Assembly (NCBI RefSeq): GCF_006345805.1 | Contig: NC_043011.1 | Coordinates: 27,726,464 to 27,790,463, forward strand | Direction of reading: 5' to 3' | From: Octopus sinensis | Lineage: Eukaryota | DNA: 64,000 nucleotides | Notes under the pieces: generated by a model | Database searches by the model: none | The model's input: only the letters and a program-made list of their open reading frames with translations | What the model was told of the DNA's origin: nothing | Position numbers and translations under genes: made by a program | Shown: positions 13,906-26,749 of the stretch, in pieces | How positions within the stretch are numbered: position 1 is the stretch's first letter | Layout of the letters: each line of letters opens with the position of its first letter

Positions 13906-13970
13906 TTCGTACTGATGAGTGGAGAACATGGTAATATATGATGACCACGAAATCATTAGTGGTATACTAA
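13906..13970 (+). ncRNA. Type I hammerhead ribozyme
   Basis: GTA-CTGATGA(13912-18)-GTGG..CCAC-GAAA(13949-52)-TCA ttag TGG-TA^(13964)-TAC. Canonical core; stem II 4 bp, stem III 4 bp with TTAG loop, stem I 3 bp plus 2 bp. Confidence 0.75.
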
Positions 13971-14107
13971 TTTTTTATTGAAGGAATTTCTCCTAGCTTT
14001 CATTCCCACGATGTCGGCGCGTGTGTATACTTATTCAAGTAGTTTGACCTTAGAGTCCCATTAAAGTATGTGGCTTTTATGCACAGTAATAGCCCTCGAT
14101 ATATTAT

Positions 14108-14173
<66 letters not shown>

Positions 14174-14189
14174 GGAAAATTTTTTACCT

Positions 14190-15112
14190 AAGAACCAAAT
14201 CATAACAGACATCTACCACAAACCTACAGACTCACAACAATACCTCCTCTTTAGTTCATGCCACCCAAAACACACCAAGACAAATATCCCTTTCAATTTA
14301 GCTAAAAGGGTATGCACCATTGTCTCGGATCCAAAAACACGAGAAATACGCCTTCAAGACCTCAAAAAAACACTATTACAACGTCAATATCCCTCCACCC
14401 TTATAGAGTATGGAATAAAACGCGCCAAAGAACTAGACAACACTACACTGAAAACCACCCAACCTAACACCACACACAACCTCAAAATACTTCCATACAT
14501 TTCCACCCATTTCAACCCCAAAAATATCGAAGCATACACCACAATCATACAAAACCTCAGTCTACTGTCAACAGACCCAAAAATGAAAAACATTATAAAT
14601 ACACACAAAATCCTCAAATGCAAAAGGCAACACAAATCTTTAAAAAAACTCTTGACAAATGCCAAACTTCACACACCACATCCACCCCCAACAGTATAAA
14701 AAAATGTGCACGCTCAAGCTGTGGTACCTGCCCCTTTCTACTTGAAGGCTCTGAATTTACCTTCAAACAAGGTACGAAGTTTAAAATCAAGACTAACTTC
14801 TCCTGTTCCTCCGAGAACCTTATCTACGTTCTCACATGCGCTGGTTGCCAACATAATTATGTTGGACAAACGAGTCTCCCGTTACGTAAACGAGTAACGG
14901 TGCATAAAGAACAAATAAATCTCCCGGAATACCGACAAATTCCACTGAGTAACCACTTAGACTCATGTGCTAAAGACTTAAACCCCAAATTCTATATATT
15001 CCCCTTCTACCAATGTAAAGACGGGATCACCACACAGGAGAGAATTAACAAGGAGAATCTCTTTATTGAAAAATTCCAAACACAACTTAATATGCAAACT
15101 CCTCGTTGATCA
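14190..15112 (+). mobile_element. 5'-truncated Penelope-like element (RT thumb plus GIY-YIG), next to (TA)n
   Basis: Open frame from ~14200 (ITDIYHKPTDSQQYLLFSSCHPKHTKTNIPFNLAKRVCTIVSD..) then one frameshift into ORF 14618-15109 (CARSSCGTCPFL..NLIYVLTCAGCQHNYVGQT..LRKRVTVH..RINKENLFIEKF). Confidence 0.92.
14618..15109 (+). pseudogene. PLE GIY-YIG endonuclease domain (fragment of frameshifted pol)
   Basis: IYVLTC.GC...YVGQT, conserved R..H and E..FI motifs in the ORF track. Confidence 0.9.
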
Positions 15113-15741
15113 AACTTCCTTTCTCTACCTCACTCTTCGTGGATGGACTAACACAAATATATAAAGATACCATGCATTCATCACTTCAAGCTAAAACTTA
15201 TATTCTTTAAATATCATTTTTACTGTTGTCGTTATTACTATCATTTTTATTATAAATGATATGACAATTTGAAATGCAATTGTCTATGCAGATTTATATT
15301 ATTAGAAAATAATATAAATAAAGTGTTAAAATCTGAAAGTTAAGTTAACAAGCAATTATATAAAAAAGATAATGCAAATGAAGCTAAAATGATAGTTTTA
15401 TAATTTGGGTTTTACTGAAGAACTCAAAAGAGTTGTCTCCCCTTACCCACAACACAGGAACTGAAGAACCAGGACCACAATTACTACTACTTCCTGTCCT
15501 GCAACATGCTGAATTTAACAACACAACACATCACATGCCCTTAATCCCTTTGGATCTTAACACCTCAAGGTAATTTTTTGGTAAACAACCATAAAACTCA
15601 AGATACACAACGAACTCACAATGTATCGGAGAACTTATTTTTTAATTTTTGTACATTTTTATCATTATTCTTTTACAAAAAACAATGCAATTTTCTTTTT
15701 TTCCCCTTTCTAATTTTTAAAATAACTTCTTAAAACATAAA

Positions 15742-15782
15742 TATTCTTGACAAGTCATACAATGACGAAAACCGGTTGAATA
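15742..15782 (+). ncRNA. Minimal hammerhead-like motif with U3-A8 core (one extra A)
   Basis: TATTC-TTGACAA-GTCA tacaa TGAC-GAAA-(A)CCGG-TT^-GAATA: 5-bp stem I, 4-bp stem II, palindromic stem III; ~670 nt downstream of the PLE ORF on the same strand. Confidence 0.55.
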
Positions 15783-15930
15783 AATATATATTTATATATT
15801 TTATCATTTTCTCATTTTATTAAAATTTTCTTTCATTTGAGCATTCTGCATTTAAAAAAAAAAAAAAAAAATTTTTCCTTACTTATCATTTCTCCACGTG
15901 CGGTCAACACAACCTCACCATTTATTGATC

Positions 15931-15987
<57 letters not shown>

Positions 15988-16194
15988 GTGAAATAGAAAG
16001 ATGAATAATCTTGTAGTAGATTAATCAAAAGTTTAACCGATACCTTAGTAGCAAAAATCACAGCAGTGAACAGCACGGTTGGAGGTACAACCATCTGGCG
16101 TTGCAACCGTGCGTTGGTGCGGATAATTGAAATTAAAACATTATGGTGAATTGAAGAAATGGAGCTGAACGCAGATTGAACAGAAATCGTTTTA

Positions 16195-16283
16195 TTTCAT
16201 TCTACACGTGTTTCGAAAGGCACAAATTACCAAAATCCGATTGAATAATGGGACCATATTGTGTCTTTCTCTTCAGGAAGAAA
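16195..16283 (-). ncRNA. Type I hammerhead ribozyme (left arm of palindrome)
   Basis: TTTC-TTC-CTGAAGA-GAAAGACACA..TGTGCCTTTC-GAAA-CACGTG-TA^-GAA-T-GAAA; 10-bp stem II with one mismatch; palindromic stem III ACACGTGT. Confidence 0.8.
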
Positions 16284-17167
16284 AAAGGAAATCCGTTGGA
16301 AAAACAAAAACAGAACAGAGGCAGAGCAAAAAACAAATCGAACTGTGCTCCTAAAAGCCCATGGCGAAACTGTTATCAGTGTATGTTGAGAACCGGTGGC
16401 TGAAGAATTCAACAGGTCAGGCATCGGTCAAACATGTGGGTGAGGGTGTATAGATGTTCTTTGTGACCGAGAATAAAGTTCTGACTATTTAAAGAATATT
16501 GGATGTTTTATAAGGGGCGAGAAAAATCTACTTAGAGACGTGTGTGTGTGTATACTGTTCTATATATGTGTGTGTTGGTGTAGGGGTAGAAAACATTTTT
16601 GTGTACGTGTGTGCGTTTGATCGTTCGGCTGTCAGTGGCTACTGCCGTGATAACCGTTGGGTGGCAGAAAGAAAAAAAAAATAAAGAAATTATATATATA
16701 TTTTATGTTTTTTTATGTTTTTTATAAAATATATAAGATAAAATATATATATATATAATTTCTTTATTTTTTTTTTCTTTCTGCCACCCAACGGTTATCA
16801 CGGCAGTAGCCACTGACAGCCGAACGATCAAACGCACACACGTACACAAAAAATGTTTTCTACCCCTACACCAACACACACATATATAGAACAGTATACA
16901 CACACACACGTCTCTAAGTAGATTTTTTCTCGCCCCTTATAAAACATCCAATATTCTTTAAATAGTCAGAACTTTATTCTCGGTCACAAAGAACATCTAT
17001 ACACCCTCACCCACATGTTTGACCGATGCCTGACCTGTTGAATTCTTCAGCCACCGGTTCTCAACATACACTGATAAACAGTTTCGCCATGGGCTTTTAG
17101 GAGCACAGTTCGATTTGTTTTTTGCTCTGCCTCTGTTCTGTTTTTGTTTTTCCAACGGATTTCCTTT

Positions 17168-17256
17168 TTTCTTCCTGAAGAGAAAGACAGAATATGGTCC
17201 CATTATTCAATCGGATTTTGGTAATTTGTGCCTTTCGAAACACGTGTAGAATGAAA
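17168..17256 (+). ncRNA. Type I hammerhead ribozyme (right arm of palindrome)
   Basis: CTGAAGA 17175-81, GAAAG/CTTTC stem II, GAAA 17237-40, CACGTG, GUA cleavage after 17248, stem I TTC/GAA extended by TTTC/GAAA. Confidence 0.8.
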
Positions 17257-17325
17257 TAAAACGATTTCTGTTCAATCTGCGTTCAGCTCCATTTCTTCAA
17301 TTCACCAATAATGTTATATATATAT

Positions 17326-17359
<34 letters not shown>

Positions 17360-20300
17360 CGTACGCATATACGGAATAAGGAAACAACCAAGAAAATGAA
17401 AGAAAACGTATTCCTTTTTATGTGTGAGCGCGTGTGTGTATGTGTGTGAGAGGCGTCGATTGGGAGAGGATGATGCATATCTTTAGAAAAAGGAATTGTG
17501 AAGCGAATGGCATAGTTAGAATCAGCCTTGGGAAATTTTTGAATGGCACACACAACGAAAAGTTGTCTTGAATTGTTTTAGTATTGCCTGATAATAAGCC
17601 CAGTGTCATGCGCTACGCTTCTCGAAAAGAGTTGTCCAAAATTTGTCCCCAAAATGATAAATTTCTGAGACAGAAAACGGTTGAGACGTAAAATTGCTGG
17701 ATGCTTGTGAGTAAATTATATCAACATGTCTGTTGTAGAATTTTTCTTATTTGCCGTTTTAAATAATTGATGTTTAGTTCACAACGTAATCGATACGCTT
17801 TGAAGAAACTGCTGTGAAATTAATAATCCTAATAATTTTCGACTTCAATTTTTAATATAAGCACACAGTTTTGTCCTATATCTTTCGTCTACTGAATTCC
17901 ACTCGTAATTTAGAAGTCACACAGAGATATAGTAAAATATAACATTCGTAATCGTCTTCTACGTAAACTTAGAAAAGGAAATACAATAAATGGTACTGAT
18001 ATAGGTACTGAAACTTTGTAAAAAGTCGTTAGTCGATATTTTCAACCCCAGTACGTAACTGATCCATTATATTATCGGCTCCAAAACTACAGAAAAAGCA
18101 GACTTGATCTTGACTCTTGTTAAAGACAAAACGTAAAGAACCGGAGAGAGTTTTCTTCGAAACTTAAATGATTGTCCCAGTTTATCACATTAGACAAAAT
18201 GCAGTAATTTAAGTTAATTTAGAACGACACTTGATTCTTGAAAGATACACAAACCCTTGCTTGGAGAATGGCATGGAATCATAAAAGAACAATGTTCAAG
18301 TAATGTGCAGTGTTATACTTCATTCGTGTTGGCTGTCAAGATGCTTATATGTGATAACATATCTAAGAAATTAAAATAATTTAAAAAATAGGCGATTCAA
18401 TAAGATGATACGAAATGAGCAAAATGATTTCTTGTTTCCGCTTCTACTGAGGCTAACACATCTGTCATTGGATATTACTTTCTGTTATTTTGTCTTCCCC
18501 TCCTCTCTCTCTCTCACACACTCTCACACACTCTCTCTCTCACACACACGCACACACACGGTGTAAAATGTTTTGGTACATTTAACCATGACACAGAACA
18601 TCACTGCAATAAAAGCAGTGAGGGATGAAGAAACGACACTTATTCACACATTAGATGTTAGAATCCGGCCATTCAACATTCACATATACATAGTAAATCT
18701 ACAAGCAATATTAACTAACAAATAATATCAATAGGAATCATGCGCCTATATTAGAACTCCAGGTAAATATCCATGTGCTCCAACTATCGATTTATCAATT
18801 TCTATCCGTTGACGAGGAACATTCTTTCATAAACTACTCCATGTGAAGAGGTAATTTATTTTCAGTTACATTTTTACTTTTCAGAAACAGAAGGAAGAAT
18901 ATGATCAAGGTTCCTTCTCAAATCTCTTTGATATTACTTGTCTTCATTTTCTTGTTTACTCCCACCATTAAGTGAGCATCAATGTTTCTATACCATGCTG
19001 GAATGATTGATGTCGATATTTCTGCAAGAAACACTTGTAATGGCATTTCTTGTGCAAATATTAAATTATCTGCTAATCTTTTTATGAAGATCCTAAAGTC
19101 TTTATCTAGTCAATTTCTACAATTTTTACTAGAAGCGATCCCTTTGTGTCGTAAAGAGACATAGAACCTTTTCTGTAGATCTGTCAAGCTAGAAATGTTT
19201 TGGATCTTAAACGTAGAATGATAACGGTCCAGTTTTGAGGGAAAAGCTTATGTCTGTTTCTCTTCATGCCAACTTACATAACTGTAGCCATGTATTTATT
19301 AAATACAGTTCATATAGATAGAAAATAGGAAAGTAAAAAAAAAACTACCGGTTAATTAAAATGTTAAATGTTTTCTTTCTCTCCATTATCAATTTGTTGA
19401 ACTCCGACTGCAACTGAGGGAAATTCTCTCAGAGGCGATCATGGTGGTATATAGCAAAAGAAGGACACGCACTTTAAGGTTGGAAAACCGAATAAATTGA
19501 ATCTAGTAAATGTCTGAGATAGCTATTAATTTCCGTGCCAGAATGAAAGGCAGAACCTGATCCAAGCAGTAATTTAATTAAAATACTGAAAAGATAGATA
19601 TTGTAAGACATTTTTCTGATGCACAACCAATTATCCCACACAACTGCATCATGCCAATGATAGTATGACTTTTCTTGGAAGATAATTATTTATTTTATCA
19701 AATCAACAAGCTCTAACTCTAACACGATATTATACAACAAAACCAATATGGGCAGAACCCCACCTCCATTGACTGATTGTATATTTCGAACAAAATTGTG
19801 CACAGTCTCCTGAATTGAACAAATCCACTTTCCGGTTTTGAATCGGAAGTAGGAGTGAAACAGTCCGACACAATTCAGCCTTTCAGGAAAGCCACCTTAT
19901 CCTTCATTGCCAGCTGATCTTAGTCTTCCTCAAATACATTTTTAGTCTACCTACTCCAAGATATATTGGATAGATTACGGACTGGCTGTTTTCGTCTCGG
20001 CTGCCTTCGAGTCATGGTTATATTGCAGTCACAAACATTTAATATATCGAATCTTATCTGCTGTGCCTGAATCTCGTGAATTTCTTTAAAATGTAATTTA
20101 TAGTGAAATACATTTGATTTGTTCAGATGGCTCATACATATAATTAACTCAGTTCTCTTAATAAATAATGCTATCTATCTGAAATACAAAGAAGACGTTT
20201 TGGAATCCCAATAAATGTTCACTAGTTTATTTATACCGGTGTTTTAAAATCGGAGTGTGTGTTATTTAATATCCGGCTTCAGTACTTGAAAGTCATTGAA

Positions 20301-20749
20301 TAAGATTGAAGTAAATTACAAACATCACTAAATATTATCTCGCCTCTTGAGCAGGATTGTTAAGTATTCGCTTCATCTCCTTGCATCTATGTTTATCTAT
20401 TAAATATGTTTTGCTAATCTCTTTAATTTCAAATGGGAACGACTTGCATATATTGAAATTATCGTATATCCTTCATTAAGAGTTTTCCTCAAATTCTATT
20501 TCACATTCATTGATGAAATAAAATTCTGATATATCACAATCCTCATCAACATCGTCGTCGTCGTCGTCTTTATTATTATCATCATAATCATGGCAAATCC
20601 GAGTTCCTGATGCAATTTAGCTTTGCTCCACCAGTTTCCCCACGCATTCAGAGATTTTATAATTACTTAATTCTATGTTATTTCTTCCTTCTACAATTAC
20701 GTTTCAGACTCCGCTGAATAACATTCAGGTAATCTGACTTACATTTCTT

Positions 20750-22020
20750 TTCTTTTCTGTTTCCAATTCAGGGCTTCCCTTGCCAAACAGCTTTCTGGTT
20801 TTATTAACATCAAACCTATTCGTCTGCATTAATCCCTCACCAATTGTTCGCCAACAGTTTCCGACATGATTTTGGCTATGAGTTCTTCGTTTCTCACAAT
20901 ATTCTGGTAACTAATATTTACAATTCTGCTGAGAATATTTCGCCATGTTTCGGCTCTATACAACGCGATAGGTATAAAATTACTAATGAAACTTTTCTGT
21001 TTAAAATGTTTGGACAGAAACTTGATATTCTTCCTCTTTATCCACATTTGTGGACGACTCTTTTCATAGTTACGGAAGCATTGGAGCAGAGGAAAAGTTG
21101 AGCTGAAAACTTCCATGAACTCTTCGACGTAAACATTCAACTGTGTACAGTCGAGTGAATCAGAAAAGCTCTAAATGTGCTGACCTTAGTTTGAAGAACC
21201 AACCTCCGATCTAATCTTAGGAAGGCGTCGTGACATATTGCACACTAGTTGTGACTATTGCACACTAGAGTTCATGCCTTTATTAATCAATTTCCTGTTC
21301 ATTTCATGAGCATTTCAGTCATTCTACTTACTATGCTTTCTTTCCTACACAATGGTTTATTGGAAATTGGATTTTACAAAGACACTGCATCTTGCTACCT
21401 GGTCATACACCTTACCTTTCTGTCTTTCATCGTTCTAAGATCTTCAAGGGGGGACCAATGTGATGGTGGGTGGTTTCGAGAAACTGCGCTTGCGATGTGG
21501 GATCCGAGTATTAGGTTCCTAACATATATCGGTAGCAACTCAGTTCTAACACCAGTGTCGTTCACTGAATCATCGCTGAAGTGTGAGCTCTTATCTTGCA
21601 TGCGTACATGAAAATGGGAAGTACTAGTGCACGCAGAAATCTGACTTTGATATTCATAGCAGTGTTCGTATCTCACCATATTGTTTTGCCTTTAGTTAGT
21701 ACAACCGTTGTTCCGGTTCTTTATCATTAATAATTCCTTCCAGGCATTTGAGCTACTGTACAATCTCTAGTTTCTGCCGTTGTACAGCGCTATCTGTCAA
21801 GATCGAAACGTTGGCACAGATTTTCATTCTAATCTTGATGGCAGCTTTATCAATGTGTCTTACTAATTCACTCATTTCATCACATTTTCCGCCAGTCCAC
21901 TAATGTCAGCAGTAAATCATAAATAGATTTAGTTGCCTCCGATCCTAACTGTAACCACATGGTCTTCGAGAACATCGTTCATAATACGCTCCAGGAAGAT
22001 GCTGAAAAGAGCCAGCGAAT
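20750..22020 (-). mobile_element. Degenerate RTE-clade LINE fragments
   Basis: Minus-strand motifs SLALFSIFLERIMNDVLEDH..VRIGG, KVRFLRALVLPIFMYAC, PLEDLRTMKDRKVR, and ALYRAETW..ISYQNIVRNEEL..; probably two adjacent copies. Confidence 0.7.
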
Positions 22021-22789
22021 GGAATTCAGTTTTCACGGATTTAGCGTCAAAATACTGCATTTTGGAAAACTTGCAAGTACAGACGTAAACTCAGCAGTAG
22101 CCATGAAACCGATACAGGATATATAGAGAATTGGAAAATGACTTACTAGTGGAACTACCAAAAGGTGTGATCATAATGGATGCAATAACTGGCGTTTTAA
22201 AATATCTGTATCAGTAACAAGTAGAGTAATTGCAACGAGTATTCTTGAAATATATTCTACGAAAGAAAAAACCCAAAGGTGACAGCAGAGCCAAAAATAT
22301 CACGGTGGGCGCTCATGTAGCTAATTGAACACTAGTGATGTTGTCGATGCCGGAAAATTTAAACTCATAATTATATATTTAAGAAATATTATTCGTGCCT
22401 TGATCAGATTCTAACACTTCGAATTATCACTGTGCAATTTTAGAAATGGCATACTTCCTTCATTCTCAACTTCACTTATTTGATTCAAATTACGTGATAT
22501 GATGTCTACCAACCTCCGATATTCCGAATATAACATAATAATTCAACGGCTAAGAAAAGTTGCATTTCTGAAATAATACTCAGTGCGGAGACTGAGCAAA
22601 CCCTTCGAAGTGAAAGAAGAATAAGGGAATGAAACACAGTTTTCTATTATCGTTGAGAATCTCCTTGATGATAATTGACTGAGTTATGCAACAACCTACA
22701 CATGTCGCATGGCTGGCATACGTTAGTCGTAAATGTAGACATTACAGTATCTGGATTTTGCGAACAATATTTGCCTGACATCTTAGAAT

Positions 22790-22900
22790 GTTCAAAATAT
22801 ACAAACGGAGACAGACAGACTAATAGATTGGTTAATGAAAACCCAGCTGTGTGTTAACGATGAAAATACAGAGATCGTGACCGTGATCTTTAATAGTCGG
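22790..22900 (+). mobile_element. Possible CR1/L2-type RT fragment
   Basis: WLMKTQLCVNDENTEIV resembles the WM..N.LKLN..KTE motif; single short motif only. Confidence 0.35.
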
Positions 22901-25756
22901 AAACCAGTTGTTGAACAACTTGCGATGGTTAGATAAAACAGAACATCCAGATGTAAGATTATCGACTTGTCCTGTAAGACAGTGGAATAACTACCGAAAC
23001 CCTAATTGCATGTTTTTAATATATCATGTATTCTAATATATCTGCACTGTCACATAACACATTCCCATATTTACGAACCCTATTCTCGGCTCAATGTTCA
23101 AAACATACAAAGCGACAATGGAATATGTCTCCCACATCTATTAGAGTTGGATCTACAATGCATGATCACCCGATTGATTGGAAAATGCCGCTTACTTTTA
23201 AACTCAAAACTCTAGCCCATTGGTGCACCATCTTGCTCTTACCTTTCTATATCTACTAAACCGTCAACTGTCCCTCTGATTTGGTTGGTTTCTCTTGCTA
23301 CCTCCATTCAAACTTACATTATTTGTACACCCCACATTATTTGTATACCCCTAGGACACGCAGTAACATTCTATGCTCCTAGTAATCGTCTTCTTATGCT
23401 TGTCTTGCATTGGTTAATATAAATTGTTCAAGAGGAAAATAACTCTTGATAATTTACCACTTTAAGAGAGCATTTAAAGACAATGGATTCACCCTCTTCT
23501 TAGAGAGCTAATCCTAAAAAGAAATAGAGCCTACTGTATTTATTTAAATCACTTCATGTTGTGAATACTACAGAGACCAATCGTCAGCCTGATCTTCCCG
23601 GAGTCGATAACATCAGTAGTAGATACTTGACGACATCTACTATAATATATCTGGCTTTTTAACAAGTTTAACCACCATTATTTATTCGCTGCAAATTGAA
23701 AACCTGATCGCTTGGCGTATTTGTTCCGCAATGATGATGAAAAAATCTGGCAACTCTCCCAACTTCTCTTTCTTTGCGGATAAAAAAAAGGTAAAGTTAC
23801 TTTCTTAAATCAAACCAACTTATAAAACCCGGTTTCCCAGTGTATATATTCCCCACCAGGATGGGTCAATGGTCCTTCAAGGGGTTACTCATTTTTGGCA
23901 GCCGATTGAATTGAAGTGTTTTGCTCAAGAGCAAAACGCGTCGCCCGATCCAAGAATCGAAACTATAATCGTACAATCATGAATGAGCCAAACCAGTAAG
24001 CCACGCGTCTTCACCCTGCTATTTAGAGCTACATAATGATATATAAAAATATGGACATCAAAATAATTATTTTTCCTCGAAGTAGAAGGCCAAATATTTA
24101 CAGGGGGCAAACCAATAAATTTGTATTGACCTGAAACGGTAAAACGGTGAAGGGAAAATTCAACGATGGGAAGAATGAACAGCAGGACGTAATGGATCAC
24201 AACAAAATACCACAACACATTTTATCCACCATATATCGATTCTGCGACATATTTTTTAAACGTGCATTATAGGGGAGAATATTTTGATTAGAAATGTATT
24301 TATGGCGTCTCGTTTATTTTTCTGTGCTCAAAACGCGCCGATATTAATATTCCCTTTCTCGATAAAGGAATAAATAAATGTCAATCTAGTTTTGAATCGA
24401 TAAATAAATGGCAATCTACTTTTGAATCTATTTCCTTTTCACTGCGTTATTTTCTTTCTTTCGTTTCACTCCTCCTTCTATCTCCTCTCTCACCCTGTCT
24501 CTGGAGTGTAAGTATTATTCAAAAAGTCCAGACTTCGTCACATAGTGTCACATTGATTCCGCTTCAAAGTTACAGTAAGTGTAGGTACTCCATTTCATAG
24601 AACGACAGTATACTGATCGTCAAAATGCACGGTTGATTCATCAGTTAGTTAACTTGTTATCGGTGTATTACCGGCACAGGATGAAAAGCAAAGTATACGT
24701 AACTAAATTTCTGACAAAATATTCTTTCCTTTATTCTATGGTTTTGACTAAACAACTTCACCCCACCCACACACACACTCGAGTGCGCGTACAAACAGAC
24801 AAATGTATGCAATAATTTAAAGTAAGATTATGGCAATGACCACGTGAAAGGTATATATTCAATTAAAGAGAAGCGTAGAGATGTAAATTGCTTTAGGAAG
24901 ATGATGCAAGTGTGTAAAAATGATTTGATTTATTTCGCTATTGTTTTTTGTATTGCTTTTATTATAAAGGATACTTTAGTATTTTATTTAGTTTCGGATG
25001 TAATAATAACTATTATTAATTCAATCTGTGAATGTTACATATTATTTAATGAGATTTAAAGTACAGTTTACAACTGAACAAGGAACATTCATCAAATAAC
25101 TGAAAAATAAGCACAATTTGGTGTGTGACTGTGCTTGTTTGTGTGCGTGGGAAAGAGAACAACAGGAAGCGAAAGAAGGGAGAAAAAGACAAAAGGAGAA
25201 AGAGAAAGAGGAGTAGAGAGCGGGAAGATGGCGAAATGCCATTATGGCCATAAACCTTGTGTCATAGTTAATTGAAAACACGTTTGGTGTCTCTTTCTGC
25301 AGATTTTAATTTAAATTCATTTTGCTTTGCCTTTGCGGATTTTTTATGTTAAATTTATTAGACTTCGTTTATGACAACTAATTTAACAACTGATACATTA
25401 ATTTCAATGTCCTTGCCACCAATTATAAAAAAATACAGAAAAGGAAGATACTGACACGAAAAAGTATAGGACACTTCATACGTTTTGAAACAATTATTGT
25501 TATTGATAAGCTTCATTTACGAAACAAAACTCACGAAACAACATAGGCACACGTAAACACAGACGTCACAAAAGTAAGTAGACACCGCTTAAGCCCCAAA
25601 AATATATCCAGGTACATGGCCTGGTCAGTAAGTACCCGGACTGTTGCTATTGTAAGGAAGCTAAAGCATGCAGACTGAAGCTACTTGACATAGATCAACC
25701 TTGAACATTTACGAAACAAAACTGTAAAACTCACGTTCATTTTATTATATATATAT

Positions 25757-25831
<75 letters not shown>

Positions 25832-26454
25832 TATATATTTAATTATTTATTTTTATATATAATAAATAAAATGAACTGAGTTATAAAACGTTCATCAAAA
25901 TATATATGTGTTGCACAAACTAGTTATTCGCCAATTAAAGAGAGAATGTTTTATTTACGATGTTGACTGTATCTCACCTCATTTACCTTTTACATGTAAG
26001 AAGAGACCAAGAAACTCTAGCCTCACTAATCTGGTAGCGTATATCATAATTTTGCTGGATCTTTTAAGTACCCATATAGTCGTAAGCAAGCTAAGACATT
26101 TCATCCTTCGCAGTTGGGGGGAGAGAGTTTGGTGCGAACTTTCGGCTGAGTCGACAGGGACAACATGTAATAAAGTGCCTTTTTGAAAGATACAGCTCGT
26201 AACCCTGTCTAAATTTCAAATACATCACTATAAGATTGTGAGTACCACAACCTAATCACCAGGTCACACTTCTTCACATAACAGTAGAGACATTTTAATA
26301 TATTTTTACAGAGAAGGAGACCAGCGCTAATATTGCGATATAATTACATTTTTGAAGGCTCGATAGGTAGGTAGTAGCAGATCTGAAGAAATATTTGATA
26401 TGTGGGATGTCGGTTCTGGATTTTGATTGCTTAAGCAACAGTAGCCGTCTGGCA

Positions 26455-26585
26455 AAGAAGAAAATAAAGAGGAAGGAAAAGAAGAAGTAGAAAAAGGAGA
26501 CGAAGAAGAAGAAGAAGAAGAAGAAGAAGAAGAAGAAGAAGAAGAAGAAGAAGAAGAAGAAGAAGAAGAAGGAGGAAAAGAGGGC
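26455..26585. repeat. (GAA)n-rich purine tract
   Basis: Directly visible. Confidence 0.9.
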
Positions 26586-26749
26586 AAAGGTATGACAGTA
26601 GTAGACTGTTCGTAGACTATTCTTAAATGGTCAAGTGACCTAAAATTGACCTGTTGTGGTTATAGCAGTAGAGATTGGAATTGTCCCGGATAAATTCATG
26701 GGTAGTGACTGTTCTGAATATATTGTTTTTAATATTAGCATAGGTATTA

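Larger units (their letters stand above)
16137..17315. repeat. ~570-bp near-perfect inverted repeat (arms 16137-16704 and 16739-17315)
   Basis: The right arm is the reverse complement of the left, with about 5 differences seen (four 1-nt indels, one substitution); AT-rich ~34-nt spacer; (TA)n on both outer sides. Confidence 0.95.

Noticed and set aside
15412-15440. CTGAAGA-ACTC aaaa GAGT half-hammerhead
   Set aside because: No GAAA, stem III or stem I follows; at best a truncated remnant.
17582-17706. Plus-strand exon-like segment (TTTTAG ... GTGAGT)
   Set aside because: All three frames contain a stop before the donor.
21405-21520. Apparent minus-strand exon with an AAG|GTAAGG donor
   Set aside because: The sequence is the C-terminal region of a decayed RTE LINE (PLEDLRTMKDRKVR).
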